Numbered from the stretch's first letter, positions 8,837-18,855 are shown. The stretch: 64,000 nucleotides of DNA from Nannocystales bacterium (GCA_050633305.1 JBOEGF010000010.1:704001-768000), one strand, 5' to 3'. Notes: a model not told the origin generated them from the sequence alone. Made by a program: numbers and translations.

Positions 8837-9193
8837 CTAGCGTTCGGCGGTTTGACCGGGGCCGTTGAGGGACCGACCCGGCCAGGAGCCGTCGGCTTGC
8901 TGTTGAGCTCTGAGCCACGCGATGCCGTTCTTGGCGGCTCTTGGTTCGAGACCGGTCGTGCACAGTGCGAGTGTTGCTAGCGTGGTCGTGTACCCGTCAC
9001 CGCGCGAGGTACGACGCGCATGGCCTGGCATGAGTCGCCCGACAGAAAAGCTCCTGTCGGACCGCTGTGCTTTCCGGAGTGCGACGGCGGCGGGCTGTGC
9101 TGGGGTCGAGGCAGCCGCAGGAGTTGGGCCTGCCGTGCTGTGGCATGCCAGCCCGAGGCCGAGGGCGAAGACAAGGAGCGGGCGGGGCAGCAT
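8837..9193 (-). CDS. Small lipoprotein with prenyltransferase/squalene-cyclase (QW) repeats, possibly a remnant
   Basis: Lipobox LGLAC; LRKAQRSDRSF and GIAWLRAQQQADGSW; only 118 aa. Confidence 0.5.
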   Translation of the reverse strand: MLPRPLLVFALGLGLACHSTAGPTPAAASTPAQPAAVALRKAQRSDRSFSVGRLMPGHARRTSRGDGYTTTLATLALCTTGLEPRAAKNGIAWLRAQQQADGSWPGRSLNGPGQTAER

Positions 9194-9209
9194 CGGTGTG
9201 CGCGGAGCA

Positions 9210-10556
9210 CTACGCTGTCGCAGCGATGGCGAGCATCGCTTCTTTGGCGGCGGCAATCGTCTGGTCGATGATCTCTTCGGTGTGGGAGACGGAGACGAAG
9301 CCGGATTCGAACTGCGACGGCGCCAGGTAGACGCCGCGCTCCAGCATGGCGGAGTGCCATTGCGTGAACTGATCGAGGTTGCTGGCCTTGGCGTCTTCGT
9401 AGTTGCGAACTTTGCCGCTGCGGAAGAAGCCGGTGAACATCGAGCCCACGCGGTTGCTCGTGAACGGGAGCCCCGCGGCGTCGGCGGCTTCGACGATTCC
9501 GGTCGCGAGGCGCTCGGTCAGGGCGTCGAGCTTGGCGTACGGTGAGTCGCGCTCGAGGATCTTGAGTGTGGCCATGCCCGCCGCGACGGCGATAGGGTTT
9601 CCGCTCAGCGTACCCGCCTGGTAGACGGGCCCGACGGGGGCGAGCTTCTCCATGATCTCTCGCTTTCCGCCGTAGGCCGCGCAGGGGAGGCCTCCTCCGA
9701 CGATCTTGCCCAGCGCGGTGAGATCGGGTGTGACCCCGAACAGCTCCTGCGCGCCGCCTTTGGCCAGCCGGAATCCGGTCATCACCTCGTCGAAGATCAG
9801 CACGATGCCGTGCTCGGCCGTGAGCTCTCGAAGACCTTCGAGGTAGCCGGGGTCGGGCGGGACGCAGCCCATGTTGCCGCAGACCGGCTCGATGATGATC
9901 GCCGCGATGTCATCGGGGTGCTGCGCGATGATGGCCTTGACTGCGTCGAGGTCGTTCTGCGGCGCGAGAAGCGTTTGTTTTACGACGTCGGCAGGAACGC
10001 CGGCGGTGCCCGGCAGGCCGAGCGTGGCTGCACCGGATCCGGCAGCGACGAGGAGGAAGTCAGCGTGGCCGTGGTAGCCCCCGTCCATCTTGATGATCTT
10101 GTCGCGTCCGGTGTAGCCGCGGGCGAGCCGGAGCGCGCTCATCGTGGCCTCGGTCCCGGAGTTGACCATGCGGACCATGCCGCCTTGCAGGCTCGGCACC
10201 ATCGAGCAGACGAGCTCGGCGAAGTCGACCTCGCCGGCCGACGCCGCACCGAAGCTCAGACCGTCCCGGACCGCCTTCTGCACGGCATCGATGACCTCGG
10301 GTTCCGCGTGTCCGAGGATGGCGGGGCCCCACGTGCCGACGTAGTCGATGAGCGCGACGCCATCCTCCGTGATGATGTGCGCCCCCTTGGCCTTGCGCAC
10401 GAAGGGGGGATCTCCGCCGACCGGACCGAACGCGCGGACCGGGCTGTTCACGCCACCGGGGATCACGCTTTGCGCGGCTTCCATCAGCTCGCGGCTGCGG
10501 TCTCCCGCGCGTCCATCAACCTTCGTTTCGACTGTGGGCGTTTCGCTGGTGCTCAT
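9210..10556 (-). CDS. hemL: Glutamate-1-semialdehyde 2,1-aminomutase
   Basis: IPGGVNSPVRAF, NSGTEATMSA, FDEVMTGFR, LGKIVGGG, YQAGTLSGNP, LAPSQFE. Confidence 0.97.
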   Translation of the reverse strand: MSTSETPTVETKVDGRAGDRSRELMEAAQSVIPGGVNSPVRAFGPVGGDPPFVRKAKGAHIITEDGVALIDYVGTWGPAILGHAEPEVIDAVQKAVRDGLSFGAASAGEVDFAELVCSMVPSLQGGMVRMVNSGTEATMSALRLARGYTGRDKIIKMDGGYHGHADFLLVAAGSGAATLGLPGTAGVPADVVKQTLLAPQNDLDAVKAIIAQHPDDIAAIIIEPVCGNMGCVPPDPGYLEGLRELTAEHGIVLIFDEVMTGFRLAKGGAQELFGVTPDLTALGKIVGGGLPCAAYGGKREIMEKLAPVGPVYQAGTLSGNPIAVAAGMATLKILERDSPYAKLDALTERLATGIVEAADAAGLPFTSNRVGSMFTGFFRSGKVRNYEDAKASNLDQFTQWHSAMLERGVYLAPSQFESGFVSVSHTEEIIDQTIAAAKEAMLAIAATA

Positions 10557-10634
10557 GAGCGCGGAGACTCTAGCAGGAGCCCGCGAGACCCGCGTTGGGT
10601 GTTGTTGTAGGGCTCTGTGGCCCCCATGGTGGGG

Positions 10635-11198
10635 CTACAACAGGAGGTACAGCGCGGTTCCGTTGGCCGTCAGGGTCGCGGCCGCCAGCGATGCCCAGCA
10701 GATCCGCTGAAGCCGATGGAACCGGGCTGCGGCTGGCTCAGGTTCCAGGTCTCCGGAGGCCGCCGCCCGCCGTGTGCGTTGGCTGAGGAGAAACGTGCCT
10801 CCGGCGGCTCCGGCGAAGCTCAGCCCGAGTCCAAGCAGCAGGAAGGTGGTTTCGTAGCGGCCGAGCCCGCCGGCCGCACTCGCGACCCGGCATTGCGACG
10901 GGTCGCTTTCGTCGTAGGCGATCGCGACGGCTTCGACTTCTCCGCAGCGGTTGGTTGCGCCGCCACAGTTGCGGTACGTCTCGCCACCGACTCGGATCTG
11001 ATACTGCGCCCCGCGCTTGGGGTCGCATTCGGCGGTACTGGACATCACGGTGGGGCTGCTGTTGTCCAGCTGCCATGGTGCGGAGACGACCCCCACAAGG
11101 AACCAGAGCACCGAGGCCACGCCGACCAGTCCGACCAGCAGCATCACTGGGGCACGGCCGGTCATGAAGCCGTCGAGCGCGGTTCGTTCCTCGATCAT
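10635..11198 (-). CDS. Hypothetical membrane protein (DUF3592-like layout)
   Basis: TM, small beta domain ending V.IAYD.SDP, TM, C-terminal TM; ATGA-coupled to upstream glycosyltransferase. Confidence 0.6.
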   Translation of the reverse strand: MIEERTALDGFMTGRAPVMLLVGLVGVASVLWFLVGVVSAPWQLDNSSPTVMSSTAECDPKRGAQYQIRVGGETYRNCGGATNRCGEVEAVAIAYDESDPSQCRVASAAGGLGRYETTFLLLGLGLSFAGAAGGTFLLSQRTRRAAASGDLEPEPAAARFHRLQRICWASLAAATLTANGTALYLLL

Positions 11199-12178
11199 GC
11201 GCGCAGGGATAGCAGGGCCGAGTCGATCGCGTCCATGGTCGCGGTTGCGACGTCAGGGCCGCGGCTTGCCACCGGACGGGGGAGCGGGGGGGAGTCCACG
11301 AAGCGGGCGATGCGGGTCGGTGTCAGCGCCTGGAACGAACACCCGTCTCCGAGGCCCGCGTCGAGCACCATCGCCGCGTTGAGCCGCTGCTCATCATCCC
11401 CGTCGGTGTAGAGGGCAAGGATGGGAATGCCCAGCCCCACGCACTCGGAGATCAGCTGGCTGCCGGCGCTGGCGATGACAACGCGAGCCTCCGCGAGCCG
11501 TTCGATGAACCGGTCTCGGCCCTGCGGTTCGTACTCGACGCCCTCGATGCCCGGGTCCTCGGTGGAGAACAGAATCGGGCGCACTCCCTGGGCGACCAGG
11601 GCTCGGAGCACCTCGGGGGCGCCATCGCGGAAGTAGCAAAGAACTCGGGAAGGGGCGGCGACGCGATGCAGTCGCGGGTCCAGCGAGGGGCGAGCCAAGA
11701 CCACGCGGGAGGTACGAGGTTGCAACGGCACGAAGTTCACCGCGACACATCGGTGCGCACCGGCGGACGAGGCAGCAGCTTTGGTGGCTTCCCGGAGCCA
11801 GGGTCCGGCCGGGAGTGCCGGCGGACGCTTGCATTCACTGAAGACCAGGCCGTGCCCCAAAGCGATCGACGGGACTCGAAGGGCGTGCGCGGCGAGGAGC
11901 CCGGGAAGGTCACCATCTGAGACGACCAGCGAAACACGATCCCGTCGCCCGTGGGCGACCGCGTCCCAAGCGCGGCGCGTCAGTCCAAGCGCGGCGCGGC
12001 CCGGTGTTGGGGGAAGCGAGGCGACCTCTGTGCATGGCATTTCACCGGAGAACAGCGGCACCCCGTCGCGCCCGACGAACGCGCGAAAGGAGTGCCCCGC
12101 GTCGGTCAGTGCGCGTGCGACGGCAAGACAACGGGTGGCATGACCTCGGCCTCGTCCATGCACGTACAGGTGAATCAC
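11195..12178 (-). CDS. GT-B glycosyltransferase (MJ1255/GT28-like)
   Basis: YVHGRGRGHATR, VVSDGD, IASAGSQLISE..LGIP, EQRLNA. Confidence 0.85.
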   Translation of the reverse strand: MIHLYVHGRGRGHATRCLAVARALTDAGHSFRAFVGRDGVPLFSGEMPCTEVASLPPTPGRAALGLTRRAWDAVAHGRRDRVSLVVSDGDLPGLLAAHALRVPSIALGHGLVFSECKRPPALPAGPWLREATKAAASSAGAHRCVAVNFVPLQPRTSRVVLARPSLDPRLHRVAAPSRVLCYFRDGAPEVLRALVAQGVRPILFSTEDPGIEGVEYEPQGRDRFIERLAEARVVIASAGSQLISECVGLGIPILALYTDGDDEQRLNAAMVLDAGLGDGCSFQALTPTRIARFVDSPPLPRPVASRGPDVATATMDAIDSALLSLRA

Positions 12179-12243
12179 GGCGGCGCAGCGTACCACCGGC
12201 GCTTTTTTCCAACCCACCCGGAGGGCGACTGGCTAGGGACCGC

Positions 12244-12348
12244 ATGCTCGAAGTCATCACCGTCGCCTTGTTCGGGAGCACGCTCCTGTCGGCTCTCGTC
12301 ACGCTGGGCGGCGCGTACAGCAGTGGATCGATCAAGGTTCTGCGCTGA
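12244..12348 (+). CDS. 34-aa small membrane peptide
   Basis: MLEVITVALFGSTLLSALVTLGGAYSSGSIKVLR; strongly GC-biased third positions; AGGGA upstream. Confidence 0.5.
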   Translation: MLEVITVALFGSTLLSALVTLGGAYSSGSIKVLR

Positions 12349-12627
12349 TTCGCACCCAGGACCAGAGGCGAACACGTCGTCGTGTGGTTCTCCGGGACCG
12401 CCGCGAGAGCCCCCCGATCCCCGATCCTTCGCGGGCGCCGGTGTTCGCGACATCCGCGCTAGGCCCAGTAGGGTGTCGGTGAGCGCCATTCATCGGGCCT
12501 ACCCGGGTTCCCGGAGGGGGTTAGACCCCGTTTCTTGCGGTGGTGGAGGGCCCACGGGCGTTCTGGCTCCACGAACCCCGGAGCTGATTTTGGCTCTGTT
12601 GTCCTGTGGGCACTATCCTGCGCGTCG

Positions 12628-13686
12628 GTGGGGGCCCAACAGCAGCCGCGGACTCGTTCGCCGTACATCGTCTCGCCGCTGTACGACTGGGTGTTCTTTC
12701 TTGCGCCTCCACTCGTCGCGCTGTGGCTGGGGGCGATGGTCGGGCTGGGAGACGTCGGCCAGGAGGTCTTCGTTTGGTGGGACCAAGACGTCACCTTCAA
12801 CAATGTGGTGCTCGGCGTGTTCATCCACGCACATCTCGTCATCGTGTTCTGGCGCAGCCATGGCAACACCGAGGTCCGCACCCGGTTCAAGTGGCGGATG
12901 TTTCTCATCCCTCCGTTGCTGTTCGTCGCCATTCACGTCTCGACCTGGGTCGCGATCTCGGCGTCGGTCCTCGCGACGCTCTGGGACGTCTACCATTCCG
13001 GCGCGCAGACCTTCGGGTTCGCTCGCATCTACGAAGTGCGGGCGGGCAACGATCCCCTCGCCGGCCGGGCCCGAGATTTCTGGCTCAACCAGGTGCTGTA
13101 TGCGGGGCCTATCGTCGCGGGTGTGACGATGCTCGACCACTTCGAGGACTTCGGAGAGTTCGAGGCGGTCAAGGCCGCATTCTTCACCGAGATCCCGGTC
13201 AAGATGGAGTCCAACCAGGTCTACTTCACCTGGGCGATTCTCGGCATTGGGGCGCTGATGTTGCTCCACTACGTCTGGGCGTCGTGGCGTGACCATCGGG
13301 GCGGCAAGCACGTCCCGTGGCAGAAGGTCTACCTGCTGACCAGCACTGGGGTTGTTTCGATCTACTGTTGGGGCTTCAACCCGTGGGGCCAAGCGTTCCT
13401 GGTGATGAACGCGTTTCACGCTCTTCAATACTTCGGGATCGTCTGGGCGACCGAAGGCAACAACATGCAGCGCGTCCTTCGGTTGCGGGACGTTCGGGCC
13501 GGTCGTGTGCTGACCTGGGTCGCGTTTGTGCTCGGCGCGCTGCTGTACGGCCTCGCGGTCGAAGCGTGGGCGGGCTTGGGTGGCTCGCTGTGGAGCTTCT
13601 GGGCTGTGACCATCGTGGTCAGCCTCATGCACTTCTGGTACGACGGGTTCATCTGGTCGGTCAGAAAAACCACGACGACGTCGTAG
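12628..13686 (+). CDS. Polytopic membrane protein with spaced His motifs
   Basis: Many TM segments; HAH, DVYHSGAQTFG, FHALQY, MHFWYDGFIW; GTG 12628 follows TATCCT by 8 nt. Confidence 0.8.
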   Translation: MGAQQQPRTRSPYIVSPLYDWVFFLAPPLVALWLGAMVGLGDVGQEVFVWWDQDVTFNNVVLGVFIHAHLVIVFWRSHGNTEVRTRFKWRMFLIPPLLFVAIHVSTWVAISASVLATLWDVYHSGAQTFGFARIYEVRAGNDPLAGRARDFWLNQVLYAGPIVAGVTMLDHFEDFGEFEAVKAAFFTEIPVKMESNQVYFTWAILGIGALMLLHYVWASWRDHRGGKHVPWQKVYLLTSTGVVSIYCWGFNPWGQAFLVMNAFHALQYFGIVWATEGNNMQRVLRLRDVRAGRVLTWVAFVLGALLYGLAVEAWAGLGGSLWSFWAVTIVVSLMHFWYDGFIWSVRKTTTTS

Positions 13687-13699
13687 AGACGCGGATCCC

Positions 13700-15199
13700 G
13701 TGAGTGAAGCCAAGCGTAGTGTGTCGCGTGATGCGTCGATCCTGGTGGTCGGCAACGTGCTTGCGACCATTGCGGATGTCGTCACGCCGATCGCGATTCT
13801 TCGACTGACCGGCAAGGCCGAGGTCGCGAGCCTCTCCGGCCTGCTGCTGACCTACAACACGATGGCGTTGCTGCTGCTGGCGGGGTTCCACCAGACGGTG
13901 ATGTTCTTCCTTCCGGGGCGGCCGATCGAAGAGCGAGCAGCCATTGCCCGCAAGGTTGTTCGACTCTTGATTGGGCTCGGCGGTGTAGGAGCGGTCATTT
14001 TGGTGGTTCTTGGCGCCTACGCCACACCACTCATCGCTGGACTCGATCTGTTCGACGAGGCCCCGACCGACCTCTCGCCGCTGATGTTCCTGCTGGTGTT
14101 TCCACTGGGGGACCTACCGGCTCGCATCCTGCCCAACCTCGCGGTCGTCGAGCGTCGTCCCCGAACCGCCGCGACGTATGGTGTGTTTCGGTCGCTGACG
14201 ATTTCGATCAGCACGCTGTTACCGATCGCTCTCGGCTATTCCCCGTCGGTCGTCGCGATGAGCATGAGCGCGGTGGCGCTGGGGCAGCTCGCGTTTGTCG
14301 GGGTTGTCATGCGGAAGTGCTACGCCGACTGTCCGCGGGTGCCCTCGCCAGTCACGACGGGGGAACTGGTGCGCTTCGGCCTTCCGCTGGGGGCCACGGA
14401 CATGGTGGCCTCGCTCAACAACCGCTTCGACCAGCTGTTGGTGATCACCTCGTTTCCCGCGCACACATACGCGGTCTATCGAGCTGGCGCGTACCAGATC
14501 CCGGTCGTCACACGGATCCCCTACCTGGTGGCGTCTGCGCTCGCCCCCTCGTTGGTCGAGGCGTTCCGCGAGGGGCGGGCCCGGGATGCGATCGACGCTT
14601 GGAAGGACTCGATCGGCAAGGTGTCGCTCCTGGTTGTCCCGGTCACGCTCGTGTTCTTTGTGGGCGCCGAGGCTTTCATCGAGCTGCTCGGTGGACGGGC
14701 GTACCTGGACGCGGTGCCCGTGTTCCGCTGGTACACGTTGTTGTCCATCGTCAGGGTCGCGGCGTTCGGCACGGTGATCGTGGCCGCGGGCAAGCCGAAG
14801 TACGTCCTGCAAGCGGCCTTGCAGTCCTTCTCGTTCAACGTTCTGCTGAGCATCCCGTTGCTGTTCATCGTCGGCTTTGTGGGCCCGGCGATGGGAACCG
14901 CGCTCGCGTTCTTCCCGATCGCCGTCGTCTACACCCGGTACATCTCCAAGGCGTCGGGCATCCCGCTGCGCGACATCTTCCCGCTGCGCGCCTACCTGCG
15001 GGTCGTGCTCGTCGCGAGTGTCGGGGCTGCAGCGGCCTGGGCCTTTGCCGCGAGGACCGCCTACGGGCCGTGGGCAGAGCTGTTGGGCGTGGCGGGAATC
15101 GTGCTTGCGAGCTTCGCTGTCCTCGGCACGCTCACCCGGACGATCAGCGCCGAGGACTGGGCCTTCGCGACTGCGAAACTCCGGCGCAAGCGAAGCTGA
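13700..15199 (+). CDS. Wzx-type oligosaccharide flippase
   Basis: 499 aa with roughly 12-14 TM; LNNRFDQLLV..YAVY, G.VGPAMGT typical of the MOP/PST family. Confidence 0.88.
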   Translation: MSEAKRSVSRDASILVVGNVLATIADVVTPIAILRLTGKAEVASLSGLLLTYNTMALLLLAGFHQTVMFFLPGRPIEERAAIARKVVRLLIGLGGVGAVILVVLGAYATPLIAGLDLFDEAPTDLSPLMFLLVFPLGDLPARILPNLAVVERRPRTAATYGVFRSLTISISTLLPIALGYSPSVVAMSMSAVALGQLAFVGVVMRKCYADCPRVPSPVTTGELVRFGLPLGATDMVASLNNRFDQLLVITSFPAHTYAVYRAGAYQIPVVTRIPYLVASALAPSLVEAFREGRARDAIDAWKDSIGKVSLLVVPVTLVFFVGAEAFIELLGGRAYLDAVPVFRWYTLLSIVRVAAFGTVIVAAGKPKYVLQAALQSFSFNVLLSIPLLFIVGFVGPAMGTALAFFPIAVVYTRYISKASGIPLRDIFPLRAYLRVVLVASVGAAAAWAFAARTAYGPWAELLGVAGIVLASFAVLGTLTRTISAEDWAFATAKLRRKRS

Positions 15200-15202
15200 G
15201 CG

Positions 15203-16120
15203 CTACGCTCCGGGCCACGCAGCGCGCCACTGCTCAACGACCGCACGCCACTTGTCTCGTACGACGTCGATGTGCGCGTTGGCGAGCGTCCACTCGCGCG
15301 GGGCGTACTGGCGGCTGCTGAGTGAACGCAGAAATGCGGCGAGCTCTCGGTCGAGGTAGTCGGGGTCGGCGAAGGCCTGCTCGGGGTCGACGATGTGCAC
15401 GTCGCGGGGCCGGCCCTCATCCTTCATGAGTCCGACTTTGGTGACGAAGCACGGCAGGTCCATCGCCAGGGCCTCGTTGACCACGATGCTGTTGCCCTCG
15501 TACTTGCTCAAGTGTAGGAAGGCCGCGGCCTTGCGCATGCGGTCCGGCACGTCGCTGGGCTCGCAAGCCAGGGGCTCGAGCTTCCAGTCCGGAAAACGGC
15601 GGGTGAGCCCGGCCACCTCGGCCTCGCCTTTGTGGGCACCCCGAGCGTCGTGCAAGACGAGCTTGGGGTCGGTCTCGGAGCGCTTCCCGTCGAAGCGGTC
15701 CAGGTCGACCTGGTGGTAGATGACGTGTTCGGCTCCGTTGCCGCCCAGGGCCTCGAAGGTGGTGGCGATCCACTCGGCGCACGCGACCCAGATCGTGTTG
15801 TCACGCTTGGCCGCCTTGGCCTGCCTCTTCGCCATCTTGCGGCCCGTCCGGTTGCCCGTGATCGAGGCTTTGACCGCCGCGACGCCATGCTGAAACCCGA
15901 TGACCGGGATGTCGGTCGGCCAGTCGGTGACCCAGTGGTTGTCGCAGACGACCATGAGCTTCTCGCGCCGAACCTTGTCGACATCGAGGTTGCCCGGGAA
16001 CATGAACGAGACCTCGTCGAAGATCAGCCGGAGGTTGCGAGCGAAGGACTCCACGCCGCCGCGATACGTCTGTGGATCGTTGGCTCCGTAGTGAACGACG
16101 CGGGCTGCGACCTTGCTCAT
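15203..16120 (-). CDS. GT4-like glycosyltransferase
   Basis: GGVE.F, QVDLDRF, LSKYEGNSIVVNEALAMDLP (EX7E); GGAG RBS before ATG 16120. Confidence 0.85.
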   Translation of the reverse strand: MSKVAARVVHYGANDPQTYRGGVESFARNLRLIFDEVSFMFPGNLDVDKVRREKLMVVCDNHWVTDWPTDIPVIGFQHGVAAVKASITGNRTGRKMAKRQAKAAKRDNTIWVACAEWIATTFEALGGNGAEHVIYHQVDLDRFDGKRSETDPKLVLHDARGAHKGEAEVAGLTRRFPDWKLEPLACEPSDVPDRMRKAAAFLHLSKYEGNSIVVNEALAMDLPCFVTKVGLMKDEGRPRDVHIVDPEQAFADPDYLDRELAAFLRSLSSRQYAPREWTLANAHIDVVRDKWRAVVEQWRAAWPGA

Positions 16121-16178
16121 GCTCCTGCAAAGGTGCGCGCCGATGGCGACGGGCGCAAGTGCGGGGGCGTGTCCTGCC

Positions 16179-17159
16179 TCAAACCCACGACGGCCACCAC
16201 TGCGCAAGGTCGTCGCGGCCGATCAGCGCGTCGAGGCCCTCGTTTTCGCGTCGGTAGAGCCGAGACAGCGATTCCCGGGCCGCTGGCGCCATCGGTGGAT
16301 ACTTTCGCTGGGGACGGACGCTATCCAGAACTCGGTTGGCGACTCGGGCCAGGGGCGAGTTCCACAGTCGTTCGCGCCAGGGCCCGGACAGCATGCCCGG
16401 GGGATCGCTGGGCTCGGGCAGCAGGCCTCGGTAGCTCTTCTTCACGAGCAGAGGGACGGTGCGGTTGATCCACAGCCGCGTTTCGAGGTTCCGCGGGACC
16501 CTCGCGACGTTGTATCGCTCGCGCTCCAGGGCAGAGCTCGGCGGAGGTGCCAGTCCCAGGAAACGACAAACCTCGCCAGAGACGCGCTCGAGGTTCCTCG
16601 AGAACTCTTCGAACACGAGGACGCGAACCCGCTCGGCACCCAGCGCGTCGTGGTAGCGCTGGATCTGCTCGCGATAGCAGCCGCGTTGTACAACCAACGA
16701 GTCGTGCTCGCGGACCACCTCCTCAAAGGACTGGCGACACCGACCGCGTGAGACGTCGTGCCAGTAGTGGGAGTACGCTCGGGAGACGGGGTCGCGAAGG
16801 AGGGCGATCACCTTCACGTCGGGGCACAGACGAGCGATGCGTTCGGCGGCGAGGGTCGAGGGCAAGTAGCTGGTGGAGTCCTCGCCGCGGAGCTGGCCAG
16901 AGGTGGCGCCCTCGAAGAAGCGTGCGTACCAAGCCTCGTAACACGAGAAATCGGCGTCGAAGTTCCGCGTCACACCCCGGTGCGGCACGAAGTCCGGGTG
17001 CTGAACCGGGTCGTCGATGTCGAAGAAGAAGATCTCTCGGTCGGGGATGAAGACGTCCGGGTGGGCGCCGAGAATGCCGTGCAGCGTGCTCGTGCCCGAC
17101 TTCTGGGCGCCCACGACAATGAAGTGGGGTGGCTTCGAGAGCTCGGCAGCAGGGGCCAT
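16179..17159 (-). CDS. PAPS-dependent sulfotransferase
   Basis: IVVGAQKSGTSTL (5'-PSB), EIFFFD, GEDSTSY, LRDPVSRAYSHY (3'-PB). Confidence 0.93.
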   Translation of the reverse strand: MAPAAELSKPPHFIVVGAQKSGTSTLHGILGAHPDVFIPDREIFFFDIDDPVQHPDFVPHRGVTRNFDADFSCYEAWYARFFEGATSGQLRGEDSTSYLPSTLAAERIARLCPDVKVIALLRDPVSRAYSHYWHDVSRGRCRQSFEEVVREHDSLVVQRGCYREQIQRYHDALGAERVRVLVFEEFSRNLERVSGEVCRFLGLAPPPSSALERERYNVARVPRNLETRLWINRTVPLLVKKSYRGLLPEPSDPPGMLSGPWRERLWNSPLARVANRVLDSVRPQRKYPPMAPAARESLSRLYRRENEGLDALIGRDDLAQWWPSWV

Positions 17160-17220
17160 CGCGCCCGATTGTGCGGCTGCGCCCACGGGGAGGCAACTGG
17201 TGTAGCCTCGCGCCGCAGCC

Positions 17221-18315
17221 ATGCGCATCCTGGTCGTCGCCACCGACATCGTCTTGCCCGGTCGTCACGGAGGGTCCACCCATGTTCGGGAGCTGGTCGA
17301 TCACCTCGGACAACACGGTGAGACGCTGCTGCTCGCCAGCCGCGGCTCCTCCGGCCCGGGGATTGCTCCAGTCGGCCGTCCGATGCGGCGCTTTCCGGCC
17401 GCGATGCGCCACGTGGATGCGGTGCGTACGTTTCTCGATGCGGGCCCCGCAGTCGACAAATTCCAGCCCGACGTGATCTACGAGCGGTGCACGTCGTATG
17501 GCGCCGGCGCGATGCTGGCCCGGGAGCGCGGGATCCCGTTGCTCTCGATGGTCCTCGACCGTCGATACAGCTGGCTCTCGCTGCGACAGGCGAGTCGAAT
17601 CGTCGCGACCGATCCCACCGCGGTCGTGCCGGCCTCGGTTCGCCACAAGGCGGTCAAGGTCAGTTGGGGAGCCAACGAAGGGCGCTTCCATCCCGGAATC
17701 GACGGGCGCCTGGCACGAGAACGCTACGGGCTCGGGGAAGGCTTCGTAGTGGGTTACGCCGGGACCTTCCGGCCTTGGCATGGCGTGGACGTACTCGTCC
17801 GGGCCATCGGTCGGCTTCCCGACGACAGCGTGAGAGTCCTTCTGGTCGGCGATGGCCCGGGGCGCGCCGACATCGAGTCGCAGATCAACGCCGCCGGGCT
17901 TCAGAGTCGTTTCGTGTTCACCGGAGCGGTCGACTATGCCGAGGTCCCCGAGGTGTTGGCCGCGGCAGACATCTGCGTTGCGCCCTTTGAGCCGCGATTC
18001 CACAAGGGGTCGAGAGGCTCGGGGTTCGTGCTGGATCCGCTCAAGGTGTTCGAGTACCTGGCCTTGGGCAAGCCAACCATCACCGTTCGAGAGCCGAACA
18101 TCGCAGCGCTATTCACCGACGGTGAAGACCTACGGCTCACCACGCCTGGCTCGGAGGCCGAGCTCGCCGACGCCATCGTGCATTTTGAGAACGACCGGGA
18201 CTTCGCCGCAGCGACGGCGGAGAAGGGGCGTACCAAAGTCTTGGCGAATCACACCTGGGGCGCGCACGCACAGCAGCTCGCCGGGTTGTTCGCCGAGATG
18301 CTCGAGGAGCGGTGA
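17221..18315 (+). CDS. GT4 glycosyltransferase
   Basis: GGSTHVREL, GYAGTFRPWHG, LVGDGP, PLKVFEYLALGKP. Confidence 0.93.
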   Translation: MRILVVATDIVLPGRHGGSTHVRELVDHLGQHGETLLLASRGSSGPGIAPVGRPMRRFPAAMRHVDAVRTFLDAGPAVDKFQPDVIYERCTSYGAGAMLARERGIPLLSMVLDRRYSWLSLRQASRIVATDPTAVVPASVRHKAVKVSWGANEGRFHPGIDGRLARERYGLGEGFVVGYAGTFRPWHGVDVLVRAIGRLPDDSVRVLLVGDGPGRADIESQINAAGLQSRFVFTGAVDYAEVPEVLAAADICVAPFEPRFHKGSRGSGFVLDPLKVFEYLALGKPTITVREPNIAALFTDGEDLRLTTPGSEAELADAIVHFENDRDFAAATAEKGRTKVLANHTWGAHAQQLAGLFAEMLEER

Positions 18316-18345
18316 GGTGGAGCAGGGCCACCAGGCGGTCTCCGC

Positions 18346-18855
18346 ATGAACGGACTTGCTCTCGCCGTCGCTGTGGCTGCCGCCGGTTCGGGTCCGCGTG
18401 TGCACATCGAGGTCGAGCGAGGACCGGGCGCAGTGGTTCTGGTCGCCCGCGAGGCACAGCGGAATGAGGTTCGAGGCCTACGGCGCGTGCGAGCTCGACC
18501 GGTCTGCTCCGCGCCGTGTGACACGGTGATGAACGCAGATGCTCCCGGATACTTCGTGGCGGGTGAGGACGTTCTACCGTCCTCCACGTTTCATCTCCCG
18601 GAATCGGGGGACGTAACCGTTCGGGTCCGCGCTGGCCGACGATCGGCGTTCCTCACCGGGTGGACACTCGCCGGAGTCGGAGCTCCGGCGCTGCTCGCTG
18701 GAGCGACGATGATGACCTTGGCCGACGACGAGAGGGATCGGCTCCGCGTTGGTGCCGCGGTGGCGGGTGTTGGGGTTGTGATGGTGGTGACCGGGGCTAT
18801 TCTGGTGGCGACCGGTCGTACCAAGCTCCGTTTCGAGCCTGCTGCTGGGTACTGA
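18346..18855 (+). CDS. Hypothetical exported/membrane protein
   Basis: N-terminal hydrophobic stretch, VCSAPC motif, two Gly-rich C-terminal TM segments. Confidence 0.6.
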   Translation: MNGLALAVAVAAAGSGPRVHIEVERGPGAVVLVAREAQRNEVRGLRRVRARPVCSAPCDTVMNADAPGYFVAGEDVLPSSTFHLPESGDVTVRVRAGRRSAFLTGWTLAGVGAPALLAGATMMTLADDERDRLRVGAAVAGVGVVMVVTGAILVATGRTKLRFEPAAGY

